Part shown: positions 27,515 through 41,965 of the stretch, piece by piece
Numbering within the stretch: position 1 is the stretch's first letter
Layout: each line of letters begins with the position of its first letter
Assembly (NCBI GenBank): GCA_964016885.1
Contig: OZ024741.1
Coordinates: 314,526,001-314,590,000 of the forward strand
Length of the DNA: 64,000 bases
Source of the DNA: Eledone cirrhosa
Taxonomy: Eukaryota
Direction: 5' to 3'
Position numbers and translations under genes: made by a program
Notes under the pieces: model-generated
The model's input: the letters and a program-made list of their open reading frames with translations, nothing else
Told to the model about the DNA's origin: nothing
Databases searched by the model: none

Positions 27515-29631
27515 TATATAGATATATATAGATATATATAGATATATTTGAACATATTCAAGACCCCTGACGGCAGAACTCCACCATAGTACAGAGAATG
27601 GGACCCTGTCAAGATGTTCTCCCTATCTTAAAAATCTAGATACAATGGCTTACACTTTGCTATGTACCTCTCAAGCAGTCGTCGCACTATACAGGGAGTA
27701 TCAATGGCACTCTTCTTCTTCTTGCTAAAATGGTAGTGGGTGGGGGAACCATTCCTTCCAGTGGGTTTGTCAGAAGCAACCGTCTCCAAATAATCCGGCT
27801 GGATCCCTAGTCTAGACCAGATCTGCTCATGGATGTTATGCAACCATTTTGCACGGTCTCTCTCGCTGGGCTTCATTCCGGGTGCGTTTACCCGAAAATC
27901 TTTGTATCGATTTTTTCGCGAGACATTTTAAACGCATGGATATAGTATCGTATTTGTAATCTCTCAATTCGGAGAAGAAGCGACACTCCCTGGAAGGAAG
28001 CCAGATCTCCAAGCTACGCACCCTACTGAGTAACGTTACTGAAAATACCCTTTGGAGGAACCCTATTTCTGACGCTTGTATTCACAATGATATTCGTTTG
28101 ATCATTACCCAAGATTCATGACCATAATGCGTTTGTACACGAATACCGTACTGAAGATAACCAGTTTGGATTTTTCACCTACATCCCTTCTTCCGCATTA
28201 CAGCACCAGCTCCTGCAATTCTTGCGCACTTAATACAGCCCCATGCGTTCCATCACTTGGTAACATTGCCTCAACCTACTTGAATTTCTCCACCTGTTTA
28301 AGTGGAACTCCATTCATATATAGATTGCACGGCACAAGGATACCTTGAGACGACGAGTGTCTCAGTTTTCGCAGCATTGATTTTCATTCCAGCCATGCAG
28401 CACTCGACATCAAACCTACAGAGTGCAATTCGGTGATTTTCTTCTTCGGAGTTAAGGAATACCGCGTCGTCTGAAAATTCTAGCCGACTGATTTTACACT
28501 TGCCAGTCATGATACAACTTCTAGCCCGACTGCCCATGTCAATCATTTTCATATAAATAATGAACACGATAGATGAAAAATGCACTCCCAGATTGAATGG
28601 TTTCCATTTAGCACCATTTATCCAGTGGTAGCATAAATTCAAACGTCATCTTATCTACTTTGAATATCTCTCGAATTAATCATGCTATAACATTTTCAAC
28701 AAATTTCATAACATGGTTCATCAACTTGATACTTCCGTACTTATCTTCTCTAGTGCATCTTCATATTCCTTGTAGACAATGACGATAACTTTGCTGCTCC
28801 AGTCATTGGGTATGACACCTTTCTTGTACTACTTGATTAACTATATGTCCGAGTAGCACATATCCTACAATGTCAGGTGCTTTTAGCCTCTCAACAAATA
28901 TACCAGATGGTCCAGTGGCCTTCTCTAGATTCATGTCCCTAATTGATTTATCTATCTCATTGCTGTCAACTTCTTAGCTGATCCCTTAGTCAGATATACA
29001 TGTGGTAAGCCCTTACTGTCCCATTTATTCTCTTCGTTCAGTAGTCTCTCATAGTAAGTACTTCTTTTCGGTATAAGACAAGGTGGGTGTTCCACTGCCA
29101 TTTCGACCATTTCACGATTTTCTCTAGCACACTCTCTTGCAATCCTTTATACATCCTTCACCTGATCTTCGCGACGAAGAACATGATAAACTGTTTTTCT
29201 CCCTCTGCTCTTGCTAGGTATACCTAATTAAACCTAGTTAAGGAGATAATGGAGGTAAGGGTGGGTAGGAAGACTTGACAAAAGAAAGACAGGCGTCAAG
29301 CTCTTCATGTTAGAAAGAAGTGGCGCAGATAGAATACTCAATATAACGGCCGTATAACTCAGGGGTAGGTGCAGTATACTGGGAGAAAATTTGATCTTCG
29401 TCGTAGCTGACGAATAAGTCGGCGTATTTCGTGTACATGCAATTTACCATGGCTATCCCAGTAATGTGTCGGTAATACTTCCTCGAAATTGTTGAGGTTG
29501 AGAACAACTGATTCTTTTATCACCACTTTAATCTTATAATTATTGATATGGTATATATAATTTATATCTCATTTATAACTGTATTTAATTAATGGTATAT
29601 TCAACATTGTCATGTATATTGATATTTTCAG

Positions 29632-29766
29632 AATGCCCAGCAGGAAAGTATGGTGTGTCTTGTCGGTTGACATGCCATTGTTTCAACAACACTAAGTGTG
29701 ATAAAGTAACTGGAAACTGTTCAGCTGGATGTGCTGCAGGTTTTATGGGTAGCAGCTGCGACGAAG
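29632..29766 (+). CDS. Internal coding exon, EGF-like module copy 5
   Basis: AG/GT bounded, 135 bp, phase 1-1; same protein as copy 4. Confidence 0.9.
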
Positions 29767-29818
29767 GTATTTCTTAAAGATACTACGTATTTACAATATA
29801 TATATATATATATATATA

Positions 29819-29867
<49 letters not shown>

Positions 29868-32566
29868 GTTTCTACTTTAGGCACAAGGCCAGCAATTACC
29901 CAGTGCATTATTGGTACTTTATTTTATAGACCCCGTAAGGATGAAAGGCAAAGACAACCTCGGCGGGATATGAACTCAGATCGTAAAGGGACGTAACTAT
30001 GCTGGAAAGCATGGCATCCGACACTCTACCGATACTGCTAATATATATAATTGTTTCTACTTTTGGCACAAGGCCAGCAATTATCCAGTGTATTACTGGT
30101 ACTTTATTTTATCGACCCCGTAAGTATGAAAGGCAAAGTTAACCTCGGCGGGATTTGAACTCAGAATGGCAAGGGCCGTAACTCTATACGTCAAAGCATG
30201 GCGTCCGACCCTCTACCGATACTGCCAATCCACTGCTAATATATATAATAACTACTAAATAGGGAGATGTTTAAATTATAGTAACAAGTTTTGAAAGGGG
30301 ATCAATATTACAGATAAATTATCCATTTATTGAACGTACAGTAGAACGGAGGGTAAATTACAGTATGAAATGTCGTAATTAGGCAAATTATTAGTTAATA
30401 TCTTCTTCTATCATATGAATCAAAACAAAACAAAAGGTTCTTCTTCCTCAGTCTATACTGATTAATGTTCAGAGCGATCCTTAGCATTCTCGTGTAGCGC
30501 CCATCCACCATCTGAGTAAGTTTCTCGGTGAATGTCCCAGTCTCAGAGCCATACAGAAGCACAGACTCCCCTACAGCAACGAAGAGACGGGTCTTCAGCT
30601 CTTTACGAAGGTCCGACTTCCACACCGATCTGTGGCACGCCGCCCACGCTTTTCTCTTCCTCTCGATCACATCATCTTCTGTATTCCCAGTCTTTGCTCC
30701 CAGATACAGGACGTTTTCAACTAATTCTAGCGGCTTCCCGCCTACATTAGTAATCTTCTCTGGCTTCTTAATATCCTCTACCATATACTTCATCTTAAAC
30801 TCATTCATTCAAAGCCCCATATTCATCGATACAGTCTCCACCTCCTGCATCAAATCCTCTGCCTCCTTCACTGTGTTTGTCACCAGAACTATGTCATCGA
30901 CAAATTCAGCATCCGATATCTTTTTCGCCATAACTCTGCTCTTCTGACCCAATGTTACAGTAAAAAGCAAGTGAGCTAATCCGGAGGAGACAGAAGTGAG
31001 TAGTTATGCAGACTTCTAGCCAGTATAGAAAAGGTTAATGTGCTCAATGCATATAGGTTGTTAGACTAGCGAACCATGCGATTAAATGTAATGAGAGATA
31101 GCTTAACAATTGTATAATAAGCAGAGTAAAAACCGTTTTTAAAATGCTGGACGGAATAACAATGATTTATGAATACATGTATATATTTAATGGCTGACAA
31201 GCATGGCAGTGTAAAAACCTCATAACAGCCATTTTGTGTGGCTGCTATCACTTCCTTTCACTTCCAACCTTTTACTAACAATATTCCACATTTAAAGAAG
31301 TTTTTTCACTTCGGTGATATAATTCAATTTATGAATTAATATGATATGAAGAATATTTTTGTAGGCTCTGATGGCTCTAGCTCCCACATTTTGCCACCGA
31401 TTTCGTTCAAATTTTATAGCAAAATAGAATTTATCATTGCACATCCGGTAATGGCTTAATACTTTGCATTTGTTGTTCAGGGACGACGTGGCAGCCGCTT
31501 ATATTTTCAAAATATACCACTTTTAGACTCAAATTTCCACTTTTTCGGTGGGTACTGCTGCTAGTATATATATAAATTTACAGTATCGTGAGAGAGGATA
31601 GAGAGATGAGGTAAAAGGAAACAATAGAGAGGATTATTTGCCAAAAGCGGGTGCAAATGTGCTCCATGCTTAGGTAAGCAAGGTTAAACATTAGAGGCGT
31701 TAATATTTAGTGTACGAAGTTAAGCAGAGCATTTATAATCGAAAATATTAATGAAACAGAAGCAAGCCGTTAAAACACATTTATAAATAACCTAAAAACA
31801 TTTGTATTAACATCATTATTTTAATTTTTATTTGTATTTAAATCATTTATTATCTTATATATACACACATTTCACCATTTGTATTTGTATTTCACCACTT
31901 AAACATATTTTATCTGTATCATTTTATCCTATAATATAATACATCTCGAACTAGCTATTTTACATAGTAATGTATATTCGTCCGTATGTTTATTTTCTAT
32001 TCTTTCTTCTTCATATCCCAATATTAATGATTAATTTCTATCCCCTTCTGCCTCCTCATCCCTCTTAATCTTCCTCTATTTCTTCTCATCTTCCTTACTT
32101 ATCCTTCCTCTTTGCTTATGCTATATCCCCACCCTTTTATCTTTCTATATATATCTTTATTATTATTAATATTATATTTATTTTGATGTGATAGTTTGAT
32201 TTAGTAACTTTGCCGGTTATACATTTAACTATATCTTCGTTCCTTCTTTCGTCATTTTCTTTCTTTCTCTCTCATTTCCATCTGTACGCCTTCCTTTATT
32301 TATTCATCATTAATACTATTATTGATGTAGAAATTTGAATTTTCAAGTTTACCGTTACGCATATATTTTATATTAGTTAATAGTTTCTGATGAAATGATT
32401 AAATTTAGATGTATGGTAAATTGAGTTATACTGTCTCCAGTATTTAGCAATTTATAGACAATTCTATCATGGAAACAATTGTAAGATAATAAATAAATAT
32501 CCATGTTTGTACTGTCAACCATGTTATACTTAACTGTTTTATACATATATATATATATACATATAC

Positions 32567-32614
<48 letters not shown>

Positions 32615-33200
32615 CCGTATTTTGACTAAAGAAATTAAAGAAATTATTTAACCTGATAATGGCGTTAAGAACCCTCGGAGAAATGGAAAAAGATGACTAT
32701 TGACATACATGGGAGTTGAACCCACATCTTTGGTTACCCGGACCACAAGTGAAACCATTTACACCAACACATCAAATAAATATAATATTAATAATATCAG
32801 GCTAAATAATTTCTTTAATTTCTTTCGTCAAAATACAGCGATAGCTTACATTTCTAATAATTTCAAACCCACTCGCTGCTCCGAAATTATTCTTACTTGA
32901 CATTACAGTCGCTAAGTTTATAGCTTCTAATTTGAATGGAAAAAGACGGGTGATGTGTTGGTGTAAATGGTAGCACAGTGGTCCGGATAACCAAAGATGT
33001 GGGTGCGACTCCCATGTACGTCAGTACTCATCTTTTTCCATTTCTCCGAGGGCTCTTAACCCCACTATCTGGCTAAATAATTTCTTTAATTTATTTAGTC
33101 AAAATACGGCGATAGCTTACATTTCTAATAATTTCATCCACACTCGCTGTTCCGAAAATATTCTTACTATATAAATACATATATATGTATATATAAACAT

Positions 33201-33237
<37 letters not shown>

Positions 33238-33238
33238 A

Positions 33239-33279
<41 letters not shown>

Positions 33280-33954
33280 TGTATATCACGAAAGTAATCA
33301 CCAAAGTAATTACCAAAGTAAACGTACAGAAAATATAAATAAACTGAAACAATCGGATACAACTTTGTCAACGCTGATGAAACCAACAACCTATACAACA
33401 TGGATAATCAAGAATCACCGAAATCATAAATAGGGAGTTAAGTAAGAAATGTAAAAAGAGACTTTAAAGTGAAATCTGGATGAGGCAATTGAAGACATGA
33501 ATTAGATAGTAACTAGACGTCAGAAACGCGGATAACACTGAGGGTTACAAACCGAATTACAACACTAATGTCACAGTCAGACATATTGCAATTCAGGCCG
33601 GTCATCGAAGTAATAAGCAAAATTCTAATTAGTGTCTTCGCCAACGAAGACTCTAATAAGATATAATAAGAACCTATGAACGGGAAAATATTGTTCGTAC
33701 AGTTTCTATATTACAATGGGATCCAGTGACTCAGAGCAGGTGACCGATCACGTGAGATATGTGAAGAAGTGTTTTCTGGGTCTCAGCGGAGGATTATATC
33801 ATGATGATGCCCTATGTATCCCACTCATACATAAACAGACAGATTAGCGAGGATGAAGAAGTAAATATCTTAAATTTTCAAGAACATAAGACAAGAAGTC
33901 GCAATCTACAGTAAACATTAAAAATCTTATATATCAATTCAATTCTTCGACATT

Positions 33955-33998
<44 letters not shown>

Positions 33999-34505
33999 AT
34001 TTTTTTCATGGTCGTTTTGCAAGCCTCAACAATGCAGATGGGTAAATCTGCGGGTAACATAATCCGGTGGTGGAGAGATAGATGTAAGGGAATGGAGAAT
34101 GAGATGTACAGGATGTAGTGGAACGTTGGAAGGGGCGTAAAAAAAGAAAATAATAACACGGGAGAGATTTAATTGTCCCAATATTTTGGATGCGCATCCA
34201 TCAACTGGGGAGGTTTCCGGGGGGAAAGTTATCTGTCGGAGAGGAACAGTATGTGGCCTCTGTTGTCCGTTGTTTGTTTGTAACTGAGGTATTCTGAAGA
34301 GCGCACTTGCGCGCGGAATAGGTGCGGTCAAGCAAAGATCAAAGCACCTCCTTTTTTATTGTGGGAGTGGGATAGCAATACACTTTATGGTTAATTAAAA
34401 GCATTTTGAAGACCTTGCGCTATTGATTTAAAGTAGTGACTATGTCACTTACTTCTATGCTTTTAATTAAACATACAGTTTATTGCAAAATACACTATAT
34501 ATACA

Positions 34506-34549
<44 letters not shown>

Positions 34550-34637
34550 GAAGGTGTGATAAGATACCAAGAGGAGTTCTGTTCTAGCTGTCAAAGTGAG
34601 CGGTGCTCAGACGTCGTACCCCTAACACTTTTCATAT

Positions 34638-34704
<67 letters not shown>

Positions 34705-36828
34705 TATATAGATATATATATATATATAGATATATATGAACATATTCAAGACCCCTGACGGCAGAGCTCCACCATAGTACAGATAATGGGACCCTGTCAA
34801 GATGTTCTCCCTATCTTAAAAATCTAGATACAATGGCTTACACTTTGCTATGTACCTCTCAAGCAGTCGTCGCACTATAAAGGGAGAATCAATGGCACTC
34901 TTCTTCTTCTTCTTCTTCTTGCTAAAATGGTAGTGGGTGGGGGAACCATTCCTTCCAGTGGGTTTGTCAGAAGCAACCGTCTCTAAATAATCCGGCTGGA
35001 TCCCTAGTCTAGACCAGATCTGCTCATGGATGTTATGCAACCATCTTGCACGGTCTCTCTCGCTGGGCTTCATTCCGGGTGCGTTTACCCGAAAATCTTT
35101 GTATCGATTTTTTCGCGAGACATTTTAAACGCATGGATATAGTATCGTATCTGTAATCTCTCAATTCGGAGAAGAAGCGACACTCCCTGGAAGGAAACCA
35201 GATCTCCAAGCTACGCACCCTACTGAGTAACGTTACTGAAAATACCCTTTGGAGGAACCCTATTTCTGACGCTTGTATTCACGATGATATTCGTTTGATC
35301 ATTACCCAAGATTCATGACCATAATGCGTTTGTACACGAATACCGTACTGAAGATAACCAGTTTGGATTTTTCACCTACATCCCTTCTTCCGCATTACAG
35401 CACCAGCTCCTGCAATTCTTGCGCACTTAATACAGCCCCATGCATTCCATCACTTGGTAACATTGCCTCAACATACTTGAATTTCTCCACCTGTTTAAGT
35501 GGAACTCTATTCATATATAGATTGCACGGCACAAGGATACCTTGAGACGACGAGTGTCTCAGTTTTCGCAGCATTGATTTTCATTCCAGCCATGCAGCAC
35601 TCGACATCAAACCTACAGAGTGCAATTCGGTGATTTTCTTCTTCGGAGTTAAGGAATACCGCGTCGTCTGAAAATTCTAGCCGACTGATTTTACACTTGC
35701 CAGTCATGATACAACTTCTAGCCCGACTGCCCATGTCAATCATTTTCATATAAATAATGAACACGATAGATGAAAAATGCACTCCCAGATTGAATGGTTT
35801 CCATTTAGCACCATTTATCCAGTGGTAGCATAAATTCAAACGTCATCTTATCTACTTTGAATATCTCTCGAATTAATCATGCTATAACATTTTCAACAAA
35901 TTTCATAACATGGTCCATCAACTTGATACTTCCGTACTTATGTTCTCTAGTGCATCTTCATATTCCTTGTAGACAATGACGATAACTTTGCTGCTCCAGT
36001 CATTGGGTATGACACCTTTCTTGTACTACTTGATTAACTATATGTCCGAGTAGCACATATCCTACAATGTCAGGTGCTTTTAGCCTCTCAACAAATATAC
36101 CAGATGGTCCAGTGGCCTTCTCTAGATTCATGTCCCTAATTGATTTATCTATCTCATTGTTGTCAACTTCTTAGCTGATCCCTTAGTCAGATATACATGT
36201 GGTAAGCCCTTACTGTCCCATTTATTCTCTTCGTTCAGTAGTCTCTCATAGTAAGTACTTCTTTTCGGTATAAGACAAGGTGGGTGTTCCACTGCCATTT
36301 CGACCATTTCACGATTTTCTCTAGCACACTCTCTTGCAATCCTTTATACATCCTTCAACTGATCTTCGCGACGAAGAACATGAGAAACTGTTTTTCTCCC
36401 TCTGCTCTTGCTAGGTATACCTAATTAAACCTAGTTAAGGAGATAATGGAGGTAAGGGTGGGTAGGAAGACTTGACAAAAGAAAGACAGGCGTCAAGCTC
36501 TTCATGTTAGAAAGAAGTGGCGCAGATAGAATACTCAATATAACGGCCGTATAACTCAGGGGTAGGTGCAGTATACTGGGAGAAAATTTGATCTTCGTCG
36601 TAGCTGACGAACAAGTCGGCGTATTTCGTGCACATGCAATTTACCATGGCTATCCCAGTAATGTGTCGGTAATACTTCCTCGAAATTGTTGAGGTTGAGA
36701 ACAACTGATTCTTTTATCACCACTTTAATCTTATAATTATTGATATGGTATATATAATTGATATCTCATTTATAACTGTATTTAATTAATGGTATATTCA
36801 ACATTGTCATGTATATTGATATTTTCAG

Positions 36829-36963
36829 AATGCCCAGCAGGAAAGTATGGTGTGTCTTGTCGGTTGACATGCCATTGTTTCAACAACACTAAGTGTGATA
36901 AAGTAACTGGAAACTGTTCAGCTGGATGTGCTGCAGGTTTTATGGGTAGCAGCTGCGACGAAG
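36829..36963 (+). CDS. Internal coding exon, EGF-like module copy 6
   Basis: AG/GT bounded, 135 bp, phase 1-1; same protein as copy 4. Confidence 0.9.
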
Positions 36964-37035
36964 GTATTTTTTAAAGATACTACGTATTTACAATATATAT
37001 ATATATATATAAACATATATATATATATATATATA

Positions 37036-37088
<53 letters not shown>

Positions 37089-37800
37089 GTTTCTACTTTA
37101 GGCACAAGGCCAGCAATTACCCAGTGCATTATTGGTACTTTATTTTATAGACCCCGTAAGGATGAAAGGCAAAGACAGCCTCGGCGGGATATGAACTCAG
37201 ATCGTAAAGGGACGTAACTATGCTGGAAAGCATGGCATCCGACCCTCTACCGATACTGCTAATATATATAATTGTTTCTACTTTTGGCACAAGGCCAGCA
37301 ATTATCCAGTGTATTACTGGTACTTTATTTTATCGACCCCGTAAGTATGAAAGGCAAAGACAACCTCGGCGGGATATGAACTCAGATCGTAAAGGGACGT
37401 AACTATGCTGGAAAGCATGGCATCCGACCCTCTACCGATACTGCTAATATATATAATTGTTTCTACTTTTGGCACAAGGCCAGCAATTATACAGTGTATT
37501 ACTGGTACTTTATTTTATCGACCCCGTAAGTATGAAAGGCAAAGTTAACCTCGGCGGGATTTGAACTCAGAATGGCAAGGGCCGTAACTCTATACGTCAA
37601 AGCATGGCGTCCGACCCTCTACCGATACTGCCAATCCACTGCTAATATATATAATAACTACTAAATAGGGAGATGTTTAAATTATAGTAACAAGTTTTGA
37701 AAGGGGATCAATATTACAGATAAATTATCCATTTATTGAACGTACAGTAGAACAGAGGGTAAATTACAGTAGGAAATGTCGTAATTAGGCAAATTATTAG

Positions 37801-38376
37801 TTAATATCTTCTTCTATCATATGAATCAAAACAAAACAAAAGGTTCTTCATCCTCAGTCTATACTGATTAATGTTCAGAGCGATCCTTAGCATTCTCGTG
37901 TAGCGCCCATCCACCATCTGAGTAAGTTTCTTGGTGAATGTCCCAGTCTCAGACCCATACAGAAGCACAGACTCCCCTACAGCAACGAAGAGACGGGTAT
38001 TCAGCTCTTTACGAAGGTCCGACTTCCACACCGATCTGTGGCACGCCGCACACGCTTTTCTCTTCCTCTCGATCACATCATCTTCTGTATTCCCAGTCTT
38101 TGCTCCCAGATACAGGACGTCCTCAACTAATTCTAGCGGCTTCCCGCCTACATTAGTAATCTTCTCTGGCTTCTTAATATTCTCTACCATATACTTCATC
38201 TTAATCTCATTCATCCAAAACCCCATATTCATCGATACAGTCTCCACCTCTTGCATCAAATCCTCTGCCTCCTTCACTGTGTTTGTCACCATAACTATGT
38301 CATCGACAAATTCAGCATCCGATATCTTTTTCGCCTTAACTCTGCTCTTCTGACCCAATGTTACAGTAAAAAGCAA
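37801..38376 (-). mobile_element. RTE/RTEX-type LINE RT fragment (LINE-C), best-preserved copy; homologues at ~8925, 16001, 23211, 30395, 44667, 51640, 61776
   Basis: 191-aa frame with EFVDDI, YLG, WKSDL, ESVLLYGSET, DGRYTRMLR motifs of the C-terminal RT region of RTE-group LINEs. Confidence 0.85.
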
Positions 38377-39958
38377 GTGAGCTAATCCGGAGGAGACAAA
38401 AGCGAGTAGTTATGCAAACTTCTAGCCAGTATATGCTCAATGCATATAGGTTGTTAGACTAGCGAACCATGCGATTAAATGTAATGAGAGATAGCTTAAT
38501 AATTGTATAATAAGCAGAGTAAAAACCGTTTTTAAAATGCTGGAGGGAATAACAAAGATTTATGAATACATGTATATATTTAATGGCTGACAAGCATGGC
38601 AGTGTAAAAAACCTCATAACAGCCATTTTGTGTGGCTGCTATCACTTCCTTTCACTTCCAACCTTTTACTAACAATATTCCACATTTAAAGAAGTTTTTT
38701 CACTTCGGTGATATAATTCAATTTATGAATTAATATGATATGAAGAATATTTTTGTAGGCTCTGATGGCTCTAGCTCCCACATTTTGCCACCGATTTCGT
38801 TCAAATTTTATAGCAAAATAGAATGTATCATTGCACATCCTGTAATGGCTTAATACTTTGCATTTGTTGTTCAGGGACGACGTGGCAGCCGCTTATATTT
38901 TCAAAATATACCACTTTTAGATTCAAATTTCCACTTTTTCGGTGGGTACTGCTGCTAGTATATATATAAATTTACAGTATCGTGAGAGAGGATAGAGAGA
39001 TGAGGTAAAAGGAAACAATACAGAGGATTATTTGCCAAAAGCGTGTGCAAATGTGCTCCATGCTTAGGTAAGCAAGGTTAAACATTAGAGGCGTTAATAT
39101 TTAGTGTACGAAGTTAAGTAGAGCATTTATAATCGAAAATATTAATGAAACAGAAGCAAGCCGTTAAAACACATTTATAAATAACCTAAAAACATTTGTA
39201 TTAACATCATTATTTTAATTTTTATTTGTATTTAAATCATTTATTATCTTATATATACACACCTTTCACCATTTGTATTTGTATTTCACCACTTAAACAT
39301 ATTTTATCTGGATCATTTTATCCTATAATATAATACATCACGAACTAGCTATTTTACATAGTAATGTATATTCGTCCGTATGTTTATTTTCTATTCTTTC
39401 TTCTTCATATCCCAATATTCATGATTAATTTCTATCCCCTTCTGCCTCCTCATCCCTCTTAATCTTCCTCTATTTCTTCTCATTTTCCTTACTTATCCTT
39501 CCTCTTTGCCTATGCTATATCCCCACCCTTTTATCTTTCTATATATATCTTTATTATTATTAATATTATATTTATTTTGATGTGATAGTTTGATTTAGTA
39601 ACTTTGCCGGTTATACATTTAACTATATATTCGTTCCTTCTTTCGTCATTTTCTTTCTTTCTCTCTCATTTCCATCTGTACCCCTTCCTTTATTTAATTA
39701 TCATTAATACTATTATTGATGTAGAAATTTAAATTTTCAAGTTTACCGTTACGCATATATTTTATATTAGTTAATAGTTTCTGATGAAATGATTGAATTT
39801 AGATGTATCGTAAATTGAGTTATACTGTCTCCAGTATTTAGCAATTTATAGACAATTCTATCATGGAAACAATTGTAAGATAATAAATAAATATCCATGT
39901 TTGTACTGTCAACCATGTTATACTTAACAGTTTTATACATATATATATATACATATAC

Positions 39959-40006
<48 letters not shown>

Positions 40007-40007
40007 T

Positions 40008-40062
<55 letters not shown>

Positions 40063-40614
40063 CCGTATTTTGACTAAAGAAATTAAAGAAATTATTTAAC
40101 CTGATAATGGGGTTAAGAACCCTCGGAGATATGGAAAAAGATGACTATTGACATACATGGGAGTTGAACCCACATCTTTGGTTACCCGGACCACAAGTGA
40201 AACCATTTACACCAATACATCAAATAAATATAATATTAATAATATCAGGCTAAATAATTTCTTTAATTTCTTTCGTCAAAATACAGCGATAGCTTACATT
40301 TCTAATAATTTCAAACCCACTCGCTGCTCCGAAATTATTCTTACTTGACATTACTGTCGCTAAGTTTATAGCTTCTAATTTGAATGGAAAAAGACGGGTG
40401 ATGTGTTGGTGTAAATGGTAGCACAGTGGTCCGGATAATCAAAGGTGTGGGTTCGACTCCCATGTACGTCAGTACTCATCTTTTTCCATTTCTCCGAGGG
40501 TTCTTATCCCCACTATCTGGCTAAATAATTTCTTTAATTTATTTAGTCAAAATACGGCGATAGCTTACATTTCTAATAATTTCATCCACACTATTCTTAC
40601 TATATATATACATA

Positions 40615-40646
<32 letters not shown>

Positions 40647-41362
40647 AGTATATATATATATATATATATATGTACATGTATATCACGAAAGTAATCACCA
40701 AAGTAATTACCAAAGTAAACGTACAGAAAATATAAATAAACTGAAACAATCGGATACAACTTTGTCAACGCTGATGAAACCAATAACCTATACAACATGG
40801 ATAAACAAGAATCACCGAAATCATAAATAAGGAGTTAAGTAAGAACTGTAAAAAGAGACTTTAAAGTGAAATCTGGATGAGGCAATTGAAGACATGAATT
40901 AGATAGTAACTAGACGTCAGAAACGCGTATAACACTGAGGGTTACAAACCGAATTAAAACAATAATGTCACAGTCAGACATATTGCAATTCAGGCCGGTC
41001 ATCGAAGTAATAAGCAAAATTCTAATTAGTGTCTTCGCCAACGAGGAGTCTAATTATATATAATAAGGACTTATGAACGGGAAAATATTGTTCGTACAGT
41101 TTCTATATTACAATGGGATCCAGTGACTCAGAGCAGGTGACCGATCACGTGAGATATGTGAAGAAGTGTTTTCTGGGTCTCAGCGGAGGATTATATCATG
41201 ATGATGCCCTATGTATCCCACTCATACATAAACAGACAGATTAGCGAGGATGAAGAAGTAAATATCTTAAATGTTCAAGTACATAAGACAAGAAGTCGCA
41301 ATCTACAGTAAACATTAAAAATCTGATATATCAATTCAATTCTTCGACATTCATCATATATA

Positions 41363-41417
<55 letters not shown>

Positions 41418-41923
41418 ATTTTTTTCATGGTCGTTTTGCAAGCCTCAACAATGCAGATGGGTAAATCTCCGGGTAACAAAATCCGGTGGTGGAGAGAGAG
41501 ATGTAAGGGAATGGAGAATGAGATGTACAGGGTGTAGTGGAACGTTGGAAGGGGCGTAAAAAAAGAAAATAATAACACGGGAGAGATTTAATTGTCCCAA
41601 TATTTTGGATGCGCATCCATCAACTGGGGAGTTTTCCGGGGGGAAAGTTATCTGTCGGAGAGGAACAGTATGTGGCCTCTGTTGTCCGTTGTTTGTTTGT
41701 AACTGAGGTATTCTGAAGAGCGCACTTGCGCGCGGAATAGGTGCGGTCAAGCAAAGATCAAAGCACCTCTTTTTTATTGTGGGAGTGGGATAGCAATACA
41801 CTTTATGGTTAATTAAAAGCATTTTGAAGACCTTGCGCTATTGATATAAAGTAGTGACTATGTCACTTACTTCTATGCTTTTAATTAAGCATACAGTTTA
41901 TTGCAAAATACACTATATATACA

Positions 41924-41965
<42 letters not shown>

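Noticed and set aside
20396-34767. Whole array as an assembly artefact
   Set aside because: Most units have private indels and insertions. Only units 4 and 5 are similar enough to leave some doubt, and they still differ at several sites and in TA lengths.
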